From NCBI RefSeq assembly GCF_001194135.2, contig NC_068996.1, positions 12,648,060 to 12,712,059 on the forward strand: a DNA stretch of 64,000 nucleotides. Reading direction: 5' to 3'. Positions 38,076 through 51,468 of this stretch are shown here, one piece after another (the first letter of the stretch is position 1; the number at the start of each line of letters is the position of its first letter). A program made the translations under genes and the position numbers. This DNA is from Octopus bimaculoides. Lineage: Eukaryota. The notes beneath the pieces are model-generated. The model saw nothing but the letters and a program-made list of their open reading frames with translations. It ran no database searches and was not told the origin of the DNA.

Positions 38076-39919
38076 TGAAACATAAATTTTTTATTCAAAT
38101 TATGAATAACTCTGCAACAACACTGCTTGATGGCTGGTGTTGGTTTGGTTACATTCTTGTAATTTAGCAGTTTAGCTTAAAGAAAAAAAGAAAAGAAAGA
38201 GACTGATAGAATAAGTAACTGACTTAAAAGGAAAATAAGTGCTGAGGGTCAGTCTGTTTGACCAAAACCTTCAATTCAGTGCTCCAGCATGGTTGCAGGC
38301 CAATGACTGAAACATGTTAAGAGAAAGAAAATAAATATATTTTTATGTGTCTGCTTGATATTTAGTTGTTATTACTTTGCCTCCTGCCTTAAAAATGTGT
38401 CCTGATAGACTTCGTCGTCATCATCATCATCATCAGCATCAGCATCATCAACAGTTAGCACCCGTTTTCCATGCCGGCATGGGTTAGATGGTTTGACTGA
38501 GACTGGTATGTCAGAGAGCTGCACCAGACTCCAGTCTGTTTTGGTTTAGTTTCTAGGGTTGGCTGCCTTTCCAAATGCCAGCCACTCTACAGAGTGTTCC
38601 AGGTGCCTGTAGTGTGTCACTGGTAAACAAGTTCACGTTTACCTGAAGTTACAATATTTTGTGAAGAAGCAAAGCTTCAACTTGGACCAAGGCCTTGACA
38701 TGAAGGTGCTTACTACTATAGCTCCAAGCCAACCAAAGCCTTGTGAGTGGATTTGGTAGACAAAAACTGAAAGAAGTCTGTTGTATATATATCATCATCA
38801 TCCTTTACTGTCCATTGTCCATGCTGGCCTGGGTTGGATGGTTTGACTGGGCTGGCATGGTGGAAAGCTGCTCCAGGCTCCAGTCTGATTCAGCATGGTT
38901 TTCTACAGCTGGATGCCCTTCCTAACACCAACCACTCCAAGAGTGTAATGGGTGCTTTTATGTGCCACTGACACGGGTGCCATTTGTGTGACACTGGTAT
39001 CTGCCATTTTGCTTGGCTTGATGGATCTTCTCAAGCATGACATAATGCCAAAAATCTTGGTCCTTACCTCCGTGAAGCCCAACACTTGAAAGGAACTTGT
39101 TCACTTTGCCTTCAGGAGGCCCAACACTTGAAAAGAAGTCAGCCACTTTGCCTCTGTCAGGTCCAACTCTTGAAAGGAACTCGGCCACTTTGCCTCCAGG
39201 AGGCTCAGTGTTCAAAGGTTGATATTTTATGTGCCACCAGTACAAGTGCATTTGGCTTGACGGGTCCTCTTAAGCAGAGCTCATTGCCAAAGGTCTTGGT
39301 GACTAGTCATTGCCTCTGTGAGGTTCAAAGTTCAAAGATCATGCTTCACCACCTTGTCCCATCCATGTCTTCCTAGTATACCTCTTCCACAGGTTCCCTC
39401 AACAGTTAGAGATTGGCATTTCTTTACAGAGCTTTCCTTGTCCACATATATGTATGTATGTTTGTTTGTCTGTGTTTGTGCCTGTGTTTTTCCCCCCTAC
39501 TATCATTTCACAACCAGTGTTGTTGTGTTTACATTCCCATAACGTTCAGCAAAAGAGACCAATAGAATAAGTACTAGGCTTACAAAGAATAAGTCCTGGG
39601 GTCAATTTCCTTGACTAAAAATCCTTCAAGGCTGTACTCCAGCATGGCCGTAGTCAAATGACTGCAACAAGCAAAGGAATAAAATAATGTGACAATGCTT
39701 CATGAAAACTAAACTATTCTAATATTTTGTTGTTGTTCATAAGTAACTTAACCCCACTGTGACTCCATACGGTTTTCAAAAATCCTTCAGCATTTACAGA
39801 GAAGCTTAAAATTGTCTTTATACACAAATGATTTATCTATTCTCAATTCTGTTGATGCATTTTCCATGTTACTAGATTCGTTTGTGTACGTGTATGTCAT
39901 TGAGAGAAAAGACAGAAAT

Positions 39920-39956
<37 letters not shown>

Positions 39957-42239
39957 AGGAGAGAAACAACTGTTCTTAGAGGGAGGCAGTAGAATGTCGT
40001 ATGAAAAACGGTATGAGTCTCTCTGGAATATACCCATGTTAGCATTCCGGGGTGTTTATTTATTGATCGGTTTAATTTACGTTCATCGTATTTGTTATGA
40101 TAAACATAACATCATCATCATCATCATCATCATCATCATTTAACATCCATTGTCCATGCTGACATGGCTTAGGCGGTTTTAACAGGAGGTAGTAAGTTAG
40201 AAGACTATGCCAGGTTCTACTCGCTGTTTTGCTGAGGTTTCTGTTGTCGGATAACCTCTCATAATACCAACCATTTTACAGAGAGTGCTTTTTTTTTATA
40301 TGGCACCAACACCAGTGAGGTTACTGAGTAACATGCAAGACAGAAGAACATGGAAAGGGAAAGGAAAAAAAAAAATTCCCAGTACTACTAAATGGGAAGC
40401 ATTTGAGAGAGAGAGGGAGGTGGCTTTATGTCAGATGGAAAATTGTCTATCATATTTTCATTTATGATCAATTTATACTCTCTCTTTACTTACTTGTTTC
40501 AGTCATTTGACTGCGACCATGCTGGAGCACTGCTTTTAGTCGAGCAAATTGACCTCAAGACTTATTCTTTGTAAGCCTAGTAATTATTCTATCGGTCTCT
40601 TTTGCCGAACTGCTAAGTGACGGGGACATAAACACACCAGCATCGGTTGTCAAGCGATGGTGGGGGGACAAACACAGACANNNNNNNNNNNNNNNNNNNN
40701 NNNNNNNNNNNNNNNNNNNNNNNNNNNNNNNNNNNNNNNNNNNNNNNNNNNNNNNNNNNNNNNNNNNNNNNNNNNNNNNNNNNNNNNNNNNNNNNNNNNN
40801 NNNNNNNNNNNNATATATATACATATATACGACGGGCTTCTTTCAGTTTCCGTCTACCAAATCTACTTGCAAGGCTTTGGTCGGCCCAAGGCTATAGTAG
40901 AAGACGCTTGCCCAGGATGCCACACAGTCGGAATGAACCCGGAACCATGTGGTTGGTAAGCAAGCTACTTACCATACAGTCACTCCTGCGCCTATACATT
41001 TTGTTTTACAATTTATTTTCTTTTCAATTTTTCATTTTTAAAATTGTTTATGGTAATAACAACAATAATAAGAGCTACAATAATGAAATCAATAATTCTT
41101 TCTTCTATAGGCATAAGGTGTGACAATTTTTGGGAAGGCGCTATTTGATTATATTGACCATAATGCTTGATTACTACTTATTTTATTGACTCTGAAATGA
41201 TGAAAGGCAAAGTAGACCTCAGCAGAATTTGTACTCAGAACTAACTCTGTCTCTGTCCCTCTTTTTCTGTCTCTCTTATTATTGGTAAAACTCTCAAAGA
41301 CACATTCTTTCTCTTTGTTCAATTAATCTTTACCTTTTCTGTATTGACAATGTTCATAGTAAAGTAAAGTAAAAAAAATCGTTATTTACACTATGTACAG
41401 TGAGATCGGAATCAATTATTTGCATGTTTATTTTTAAAGATGTCCATGCAGATTTGGACACAAAATATGTTGGTCACAGCAGTGTGTATCATTGGAGAAT
41501 AACTTCTCTCTTTTATGACATTAATATTCAAAGTGAAATTGGTGATATCACAGTTACTTATGGATAGCATTGTGAACAGAAACTATGTCCACCTACCATT
41601 ACTGTAATTACTCTAAGGATTGCTGTCAACTATAACTTCCCCCACTGCCAGTTACTACAGTTACTCATAATAGCTGTTACAGCCAGTTATCTACTCCCTG
41701 TATTCTTGGCAACTATATTTATCATTACTCCAACTATCCTGGTACCATGACAGTGAGGCAGTTTCTACATGATTGCCATGATCCAAATAAAAGCATTCTA
41801 AGATATAGCTCCTTAGCTCTAGTGAAGGCTACCTGACTAGGAGAATTTTAACTTTAAATGGAATTTTACATGGGGAAGATATGGAATCAACTAGTCACAT
41901 TGGAATCAACCTATCTAGGGGACTAGTAAGTATAATTTAAAAAAAAAAAAGCTATACAGAGAAGATATGGTTTCCAAAAGCTGCAACAACAGTAACACAT
42001 CTATGATAGATGTAACTGTATAGAAGGGTCACATTAGTACTAAAGGGTAATGTCTAGTGTTTGTAGTTCAAAAAGAAAAGAAAAATAAAGCATCCAGTCC
42101 ATAGTGTCAAGTTGTTAGTGATAGGAAAGGCATCCAACTGTAGAAACCTTCTCAAAATTTACAAGTTTTAATTTAATAAAAACCCTAATTGAATATACAG
42201 GACTGACAATGATTGTGTTAGTGCTGTGCATGATTGTGG

Positions 42240-42800
42240 GTTGGTCATTTGGGAAACCTCTGACCCTATGTGAGAACCCCTTGACTATCATCAAACGATG
42301 GTACCAATTCTCTTCCTTGCAGGTGCAGGAAACAGACATCAAATAACCTAGCCACCAACAGAAGCCCCACCTCTTCCTGTCAGGTACAAAACTTCAAGAG
42401 TGCCACCATCATTGCTGGCAAGATGAAAGGTAGGTCTGGAAAAATTGTAGAGATGCTAGAATGGAGGAGAGTAGTTGTGTGCTGTGAACAAGGGATAAGA
42501 TAGAGGAAAGCCTCTGCCAGATTTCTCTGGGATACAGACACAAAATGACCGATAGCACTGGAGTGAATAGGGGAGGGATATTGTCCCCAGAAAATAGATT
42601 AGGTAATTGATGGAGTTAAAACATGTGACAAAATATTTAAGCTAAGACTACTGAGATGCAACAGGGCAGCAAAAGTGATGTTTGTATATATGAACCAGAA
42701 ATAGGACTGAGCTATGAAGAAAAGGATTGTTTCTATGGAATCCTGATGATAATGAATGATAGTAAACTCATTATCGTACCTGCAACTTTATTGTACATCT
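42240..42800 (+). mobile_element. RTE LINE 5' remnant (AP endonuclease domain)
   Basis: Frameshifted translation MKGRSGKIVEMLEWRRVVVCCEQ..CDKIFKLRL..YEPEIGLSYEEKDCFYGIL matches the RTE APE N-terminus. Confidence 0.7.
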
Positions 42801-42949
42801 TGAGCCAAACCATGATAGCCATGTTACAGGGAATAAAATAGGATAAATGCTGTTGGGGTTCTGTAATGTAAATTACTTAAGTTATAGGTTCATTAACGAA
42901 CCAATACTGGGTGTCAAGCTGTGGTGGGGTACAAATACAAATGCATCAT

Positions 42950-43395
42950 TGTGGAGGCCTTTCTGCTCTCTTTGATACTATTTGGCAACCACACAGATCT
43001 GCTTACCATCTGTGAACCTTGTGACATGTCCAACCCAGCAGAACTTTTGTTTGTGGTATTCTGCAATCACAACATTCAACACTATGTTCTTGAATGATCT
43101 CACTTTGAATATGCTCTCAGAACGATGTTCCTAGCATGGATCTTTCCATGGTCCTTTGCATTGTAGCCAATTCATGTTCTCTCTTTGTAGTGGATCACAT
43201 CTCAATTGCATATAAGAACACATTTAGGACGGCGCTATTGAAGATTGTGATATGTATGGTCTTGTCCAGCTTTGCTTTGAGCACATCATTTAATGAGGTA
43301 AACACCTTCCATCCTGCTCTTATTCTCTTTGAGATTTCAACATCTATGTGTCTCCTAAGTAGACATATTCCTTTACCTCCTCAATTTCACCATTT
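42950..43395 (-). mobile_element. Second RTE-clade LINE family, RT C-terminal remnant
   Basis: Minus strand IEEVKEYVYLG..EISKRIRAGWKVF..IFNSAVL..MQRTMERSMLG..KFCWVGHVTR, with stops and frameshifts. Confidence 0.75.
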
Positions 43396-43647
43396 TCATT
43401 CAGCCTTGTGTTCTGTCTTCAGATGGCATGTACTTTCCATTGAATCTTCTGTACTATCTACATCATCATCATCATTATTGTCGTTGTCATCATCATCATC
43501 ATCATCATCATCATGTACCTCATATGGTGATGAAGGAAAGTCGGAAAAAATTACTTCTTGATTTCTTCCATTGATAAGATCTAACACTTAGGTGTATTAG
43601 ATGACATAGCTCTGCTTAGGCATCTATTGATGATGGCTGTAGCTATG

Positions 43648-44314
43648 TATGAGGGAAAGTCAAAAATTATACACACTCTTTATTTCCAATGTATTTACAC
43701 AAAAGCAGGGGATAAACAAGTACATCGTTCTTCTATATAGTTTCCTGCCTTTACAATGTACTTTGTCCAGTGGTCCACAAGCTTGCATATTCCCTCCAAG
43801 AAGAAAGTTTTCAATTGCTTGTGCAACCATTTATGCACCACTTCCTTCACATCTTCATCCGTAGGAAATCAACGACCTCGTAAACCATCTTTGAGCCTTC
43901 CAAAGACATGATAGTCAGAAGGGGTGAGATCTGCGCTGTAGGCAGGGTGTTCCAATACCTCAAAACCCAATTGGTTAATGGTTTCGATGGTCTGGACCAT
44001 CGTGTGTGGGTATGCATTGTCATGCAACAACAAAGCTTTCTTCGACAACAGGCTTCGGCATTTGGTGCAAATTGCTGGCTTCAGTTTGTTGGTCAGCAAA
44101 GGCTGTATCTTGCTCTGTTGATCATATACTGTTGCTAGTAGAGTGGCCATGTTTACACTGTAAAGCCAGAAAGAAAAATGGTGTGATCAGGCTCAAACTT
44201 TGATCACGTGACCACAATAGTACCAACTATAAGCACTCATGCACAGAAGGCAGAGTGACAATAATAAAGATATGTTATGGTGAAAATACGGATAATTTTT
44301 GACTTCCCCTCAAA
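43648..44314 (-). mobile_element. Internally deleted mariner (Tc1/mariner, DD34D type)
   Basis: TIRs TATGAGGGAAAGTCAAAAATTAT / ATAATTTTTGACTTCCCCTCA. ORF 43869-44150 has LLHDNAYPH and HPAYSADLTPSDYHVF. Confidence 0.9.
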
Positions 44315-45799
44315 ACTTTTGAAACATCAATTGATGATGTCCACCATCTAAGGGTTAACGACTTCGAAATGCTTATCTGCTAGATATTTTGAAGTTTGTT
44401 ACAAATATTCCAGGCTAGTCCCTTGCATCTAGGGCAGTAATTTCTTACTGCTAGCAACATAGGACTCAAAGTACTTGAAGCCACTGATTTTCTTGAGGTG
44501 CGTACCATCATTGAAAAACAGTTGGCCAATGGTGGCTTTCCTTTTCATTGATGGTCAGGATGCAGTCTTCTTTATTTTACGGAAACGGACTGATTTTGAC
44601 TGCAGGATCTGTGACTGTGTGGTAAGACATTTGCTTCTCAACCACATGGTTCTGGGTTCAGTCTCATGTGAGTTGATTTGGTCGATGGAAACCAAAAGAT
44701 GCCTGTTGTGTGTGTGTGTGTTTGTGTTTGTGGCCTACCACTGCTTGACAACTGGTGTTGGTGTGTTTACATCCCTGTAACCTAGAAGTTCAGCAAAAAA
44801 AGAAAAAAGAAAAGGAGATAGATAGAATAAGTACTGGACTTAAAATATATGCTGGGGTTGATTCATTTAACTTAAATTTTTTCAAGGTGGTGCCCCAGCA
44901 TGGTCACAGTCTAATGACTGAAGCAAGTAAAAGATAAAAGATAAAAAAATACAAACATATATGCATACACATTTTACATATATACATATGTACATATGTC
45001 TACATATACATATATGTACACGCATACATGTAAGAAGAAGAGAAAGAAGAAAAACAATAAATAAATAAAAAGAAAAACGAGAGATAGAGAGAGAGAGAGA
45101 GGTTATGTGTGTGTTTTGTGCTGGGGTTCAGTAGGCCACTAATAATGCTAAGTAGAATTAGCAGATAATATATCTAAGCTTCTTTATAATACAGGCTGAA
45201 CTGTTGTAATAGCATTTTTAAAATTTTTATTTTTAGTTCTGTTGTGTTTATATTTTTACATATGTTTGCTGAAGGAAATTTTTCTTTCTCACCATTTATC
45301 TATTTATTGAGTGACAGCAATCAGTAAATTGCAAAAACTTAAGCCACCACCACCACCACCACCACCATTATCATCATCATGTATTAATGTCCATTTTCCA
45401 TGCTGGCATGGGTTGGACAATTTGACAGAAGCTGGCAAGTCAGAAGATGACACCAAGCTCTACAAAGCTCTGCTTTGGCATTGTTTTTACAGCTGAATGT
45501 CCTTCCTAATGCCGACCATTTTACGGAGTGTACTGAGTGCTTTTTTTTTTATGTGGCACCAGCAACCAGCTGGGTTACCAAGTAACTTGCAAGACAAAAC
45601 CTCCTTAACTAGGATGGGAACTAGTTATCAGGGAGGGGACATTGTGTCATGGGATGAGTGGTTAAAAAGTATGATAGAGGAATAGAGATAGGTGTCTTGC
45701 TGTAGAGGAGATACATAGCTTTCTCAGTTGGAAAAAAGAGAGAAAGAGAAGGAGGTGAGGGAGAGAGGGATGGTGGTGGAGATATATTAGCAGATGCAG

Positions 45800-46006
45800 T
45801 GGAGGCATACAACACCATTGTACAAAATCTACCAATTCTCACCAGGGATCCAAAAATGAACTACATTCTTAAATGCATAAATTCATCAAATGTAAAAAGC
45901 AACCCAAATCACTGAAAAGACTACTGACAAATGCAAAGCTATATACAACAACCTTGAAACCAATGGTTAAAAAATCTGGACATGATTAGCAAAAGTGAAA
46001 CCGGTC
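45800..46006 (+). mobile_element. Penelope-like remnant (linker before GIY-YIG) joined to a degenerate hammerhead-like end
   Basis: DPKMNYIL..HKFIKCKKQPKSLKRLLTNAKL..VKKSG resembles the PLE K.QP.SL..LL linker; followed by ...GAAACCGGTC. Confidence 0.55.
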
Positions 46007-46128
46007 GACAACCACAATAATCTTTCTTTAAGATATATTAAAACTATGTAAACTGTGCAATATATATATATATTTTGCATTACAACTCACCACATGGGGA
46101 TAATCAAAATTCTCTTCCTCCCATTTTT

Positions 46129-46171
<43 letters not shown>

Positions 46172-46620
46172 CATACAAAGCTTGAAATTTTAAGGGAAGG
46201 CATTTGTCGATTACATTGACTCAGTACTCATCTGGGACTTATTTTAAGGGAAGGTTGACTTTGGTGGAATTTGAACTCAGAATGTGAATATGGACAAAAT
46301 ACCACTAAGCATTTAGCTCAGTGTGCTAATGATTCTGCCAGCTCACTACCTTAATATTAGTAATAATAATAATGATAACAATCCTTTCTGGTATATGCAC
46401 AACACATGGAATTTGGTGAGAGAGGACTAGTCAAGCACATTAACCCTAGTGTTTCACTGGTACTTAATTTATCAACCCTGAAAGGATAAAAGGCAAAGTC
46501 GACTTTGGCGAAATTTGAACTCAGAATATAGCAGTGGTCGAAATACTGCTAAGCATTTTTCCAGCATGCTAATGATTCTACTAGCTCACCGCCTTAATAA
46601 TAATAATAATAATAATAATA

Positions 46621-48101
46621 GCGAGAAACAGGATCGAAGCGATCAATGCTCTAGCCTTACCAATCGTGACTTACAGTTTCAATATCGTTAACTGGTCAAT
46701 TACTGAAATATGTAATGTTGACAGAAAAATACGAAAACTGTTGACAATGCATAGAATGCACCACCCTAAGGCAGATATAGAACGTCTTTATCTGCCAAGA
46801 AAAGAGGGAGGCCGAGGACTTCTACAGCTGGTATTAACAATGAAGGTAGCCACAATTGGCCTAGACACCTACCTGAAAAACTCTGCGTACTGGATGCTAA
46901 AACTTGTCTCAAAACACGAAAGCAAGAAAGCATCTTACTCAGTNNNNNNNNNNNNNNNNNNNNNNNNNNNNNNNNNNNNNNNNNNNNNNNNNNNNNNNNN
47001 NNNNNNNNNNNNNNNNNNNNNNNNNNNNNNNNNNNNNNNNNNNNNNNNNNNNNNNNNNNNNNNNNNNNNNNNNNNNNNNNNNNNNNNNNNNNNNNNNNNN
47101 NNNNNNNNNNNNNNNNNNNNNNNNNNNNNNNNNNNNNNNNNNNNNNNNNNNNNNNNNNNNNNNNNNNNNNNNNNNNNNNNNNNNNNNNNNNNNNNNNNNN
47201 NNNNNNNNNNNNNNNNNNNNNNNNNNNNNNNNNNNNNNNNNNNNNNNNNNNNNNNNNNNNNNNNNNNNNNNNNNNNNNNNNNNNNNNNNNNNNNNNNNNN
47301 NNNNNNNNNNNNNNNNNNNNNNNNNNNNNNNNNNNNNNNNNNNNNNNNNNNNNNNNNNNNNNNNNNNNNNNNNNNNNNNNNNNNNNNNNNNNNNNNNNNN
47401 NNNNNNNNNNNNNNNNNNNNNNNNNNNNNNNNNNNNNNNNNNNNNNNNNNNNNNNNNNNNNNNNNNNNNNNNNNNNNNNNNNNNNNNNNNNNNNNNNNNN
47501 NNNNNNNNNNNNNNNNNNNNNNNNNNNNNNNNNNNNNNNNNNNNNNNNNNNNNNNNNNNNNNNNNNNNNNNNNNNNNNNNNNNNNNNNNNNNNNNNNNNN
47601 NNNNNNNNNNTACTTGAAAATGATCACATTGCACTCCTCTGGAACTTCACCATTCAAACTGACAGAAAGATAGAGGCAAATAGGCCAGACATCATACTGA
47701 AAGACTTCAGACAAAAATCATGCCTCCTCATTGATATGACTGTCCCAATCGATATAAACGTATCTGTCAAGACCTACCAAAAACTGAGCAAATATAAAGA
47801 TCTTGAAATAGAAATTAGCAAAATGTGGAATCTGAAGACGAAAACAATACCTATTGTCATAGGTGCCCTGGGAATGACAGCGAAACGGGCTGATTACTAC
47901 CTATTTCAGATACCAAATTTTAAAATAAACACATAATTTTCTTATGGTTTCTTAAACATTCACTAGAACAAAACTGTACAAATCCAAATATATGGTACCC
48001 TAGGCATAACACCTACATGAACTTCTAACTTGTTGTCTCTTGAGGTCTCTGGGTGAGACTTGGATCCAACTTGTACAAATGCAAAACAAAAGTCAAACAT
48101 A

Positions 48102-48102
<1 letters not shown>
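46621..48102 (+). mobile_element. 5'-truncated R4/Dong-type non-LTR retrotransposon (restriction-like endonuclease) in (TAA)n; ~670-bp gap inside
   Basis: AINALALPIVTYSF..HHPKADIERLYLPRKEGGRGL before the gap; LLWNFTIQTDRKIEANRPDIILKD..CLLIDMTVP..KLSKYKDL..IPIVIGALG (PD..D..K RLE) after it; (TAA)n at both ends. Confidence 0.88.
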
Positions 48103-48157
<55 letters not shown>

Positions 48158-48613
48158 GGAATATATTTACAGTCACAATAGAAAGGAATATATTTACAGT
48201 CACAATAGAGTTGGACCAGATATACACTGGAAGCTATGCCAACACTATGGAATAACAACTGAAAAAAAACAACATTATAAGCACACGCCAGAAAAGGACG
48301 CAGAAAATGAGAAAGCAACAATACTATGGGATATGCCAATACACACAGATAATAATAATAATAATAATAATCCTTTCTGTTATAGGCACAAGGCCTGAAG
48401 TTTTGGGAGAAGGGACTAGTCGATTACATTGACTCCAGAATTTCACTGGTACTTAATTTATCAATCCTGAAAGGATGAAAGGTATCGTCAACCTATGTGG
48501 AATTTGAACTCAGAACATAGCAATGGGGAAAATACTGCTAAGCATTTTGTCCAGTGTGCTAATGATTCTGCCAGCTCACTGCCTTAATAATGATAATGAT
48601 AATGATAATGATG

Positions 48614-48690
<77 letters not shown>

Positions 48691-48692
<2 letters not shown>

Positions 48693-48771
48693 ACCACAGC
48701 ACATACCCAAGGCGCACAGAGCTGCGCTCAGTAGTGAAGTGAAAGCACGTTATAAAAATAAACCTACTGAA
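48691..48771 (+). repeat. 81-bp non-repetitive insert between two (TAA)n tracts, probable extreme 3' end of a TAA-targeting retroelement
   Basis: CACATACCCAAGGCGCACAGAGCTGCGCTCAGTAGTGAAGTGAAAGCACG...CTACTGAAC bounded by TAA runs. Confidence 0.4.
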
Positions 48772-51468
48772 CAATAATAATAATAATAATAATCCTTTCT
48801 ACAATAAGAATATGGCCGGAAATTTTGGTGTAAAAAAAAATTAGGCTGTTACATCGATTATAGTATTTGGCTGGTACTTATTTCACTGATCCTGAAAGGA
48901 TGATAAGTGACCTCGGCAGAGAACTCAGAACATTAATATGGACGAAATGCCGCTAAACATTTTGTCCTATGTGCTAATGATTCTGTCAGCTTGCTTCCTT
49001 AAACAGTAATAATAACAATAATGGAAAAACCCCAGTTAATCTTCATTATCTTTTTCTGTCTATAGGTCAGTCAATCATAGCTGTTTAGTTTGACAATAGC
49101 TTCTAACACACCTAGTGCTCATTTCCATAATTATTAAAATGCCATACAAATGAGTATAATTAGAGCGCTTTAGATTTTGAAGAAATAACTGAAAACTTCC
49201 TTCCCTCCCTTCACTTCTGTCTGTAGCAGATATTGATTGTTTCTGGAGGATTTTTTTTTTTGTGTGTTTTTTCTTGTAACTTTTGTCTAAATTTTGAAAA
49301 CGGCGAAAATATTTAAATAAATTATAAATAAAAAGTACCCTCACAACATCTCCTTCTCCTCCTTCTAGCTCTCTCCACTTGCAACATATTCCTTTTTCCC
49401 CTCCATCTTCTGCTCTCACAATCTGAAGAACTTAACCACCCACTTTCCCTAGCCAATCCTTGGTTGCATGTACACACCTCCCTGTAACTTGGGTGTGTGC
49501 CACATCACATCTTCACCATTATATCTCTCCCCCTATCTCTTTCTCTCTCTCTTTCTTTCTCCTCCCTCTCTCCACTCTCACTCTCTTTCTCTTCTACTGA
49601 GGTAGTCATGTATCTCTTCTACTGCTAGACACTTATTTCTGTCCCTCTATACATACCTTAACCTCACTTCAGCTGGTACAAAAGCCATCTCCCTCAATAC
49701 TGCTCCCCCACTCATTTGAAGGGTCTTGTCTTCCAAGTTTCTTGGTGACCTCACTGGTGCTGGTGCCTCATAAAAAGTACCCAGTCCACTCTGTAAAGTG
49801 GTTGGTGTTAGGAAGAGCATCCAATTATAGAAATATGCCAAAAGTGCTTTCCTAAATGAACTTGCACTTCATTTTAATGGCTCCAAAGAAGCTATAAGGT
49901 TACACAAGTATTCAGCTCTAAGTATACTGCATCTTGTTGCAGAAAAAAGTTGTAAGTTAATGAAGTTATTTGCATAATTTCCTGTTCTGGTAGGGTTTGG
50001 TCAGGTATGGGGGCATGTGCTACTGCAGCACATTGTTTTTAACCTAGCTAGATCTGGCTTCTCACACCTATCCTTACAATGTTATGCTAGAAATAAATAA
50101 TTATATCAATGAAATCTTGAAGCAACAAGATAGTGCATGATTGATAATTAAAAACAATGTGGGTGAAATAGAGTGAAATTGCTCAAGTGGGTGAAATTAA
50201 GTGGTTATTGTCCAGCTTAATCTCTTACTTTTGGGTTCACCAAAATGTCTGTTTGATTATTGTCAACACTAAACTTCAATCACTTCAATAAGTAGCTAAC
50301 TTCAGTTTATCCCTTGCACATATGATCAGATTAGATACTTGACGCTTCAGTCTGAATACTAAAGGGCTGAGAATTATGAATGTCAGTTATAAGTTAGTTA
50401 AATTGCATGAATTTTTATCTGGTTTCCTTTCCGGGTTGTTATTTAGATTAATCATACTGATAAACCCTCATCAAAGAGATATCTGATCAAAGCTATTCAC
50501 ACCATGACTAATCTGTCTTTTACATATGTAATCCTACATTGTAGGTATACATACATGGCAAATTTAACTACTTGAAAAAAAAAAAAAATGATGACAAACC
50601 TTAATTGATTTTCAAATGTTATTGGTTTCTCATCAGAAGTGTTTACATCACTTTACCAATCCCAGACAAATAAGCAACTGATCTGTTTATATACTCAACA
50701 AATCCAGTAACTCCTCAGAAATGAGTATTTAATGCTTATTTAATATCGGGGGCCTCCCAACAGGGAATACAAGTACACAAATTATCATGGTATGATGAAT
50801 GTAACCTATTTAACCTGTTATATAAACGGAACAAATTTTAACTATTTCTCATAGAATGAAAAAAAATGACAATACATATTTCATATGCTACTACATTATG
50901 TAATGTCTCTTTGTTTTATTTAAGGATGTTATATGAGAGAGTTGATTAATGTTTTCTAGCAAGTTGGATGTAAGCTAATCTGTTGGCATTCCTGTTATTA
51001 GTGGCTGCGATTCCATGCTGTTCTGTAATATAATACATGTGGATCCAATTTTAAAAATAGTCGGCATTTTGTTAAAGAAGATTTGGTATCTATTTTTAGC
51101 AAATTGATTTAGCAGCTATTGATCTGTTGGTGAACAATAAAATAAGAATTAAGAATTAATGTAGTTTAAATGTGAACAGAGTAGGAGATTACCCAGGTAA
51201 AATGCAGACAGTATGACTGCATTAGAGAGAGAGAGAGAGAGAAAGATAGAGAAGAAGAAGAATATTAATTGATTTACGATTTTAATAGCTGTTCATTTGT
51301 CATTTGTTATTCTTAATACAACAACAGGGTCATGTCACTGGAGAAGATACATAACTCTTGTTTTAATTAAACAACAAAGGGTTAAATTTGTCTGCAAGCT
51401 CAACTCTTCTCATTTGTTGAAGATTGTGTTGAAATCATTGGAAGGATTTGCTAGTTTTCTACATGATT

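Noticed and set aside
41439-41566. Open frame DVHADLDTKYVGHSSVYHWRITSLFYDINIQSEIGDITVTYG*
   Set aside because: It has no recognisable family and no convincing donor, and its phase is incompatible with the candidate exon at ~40000.
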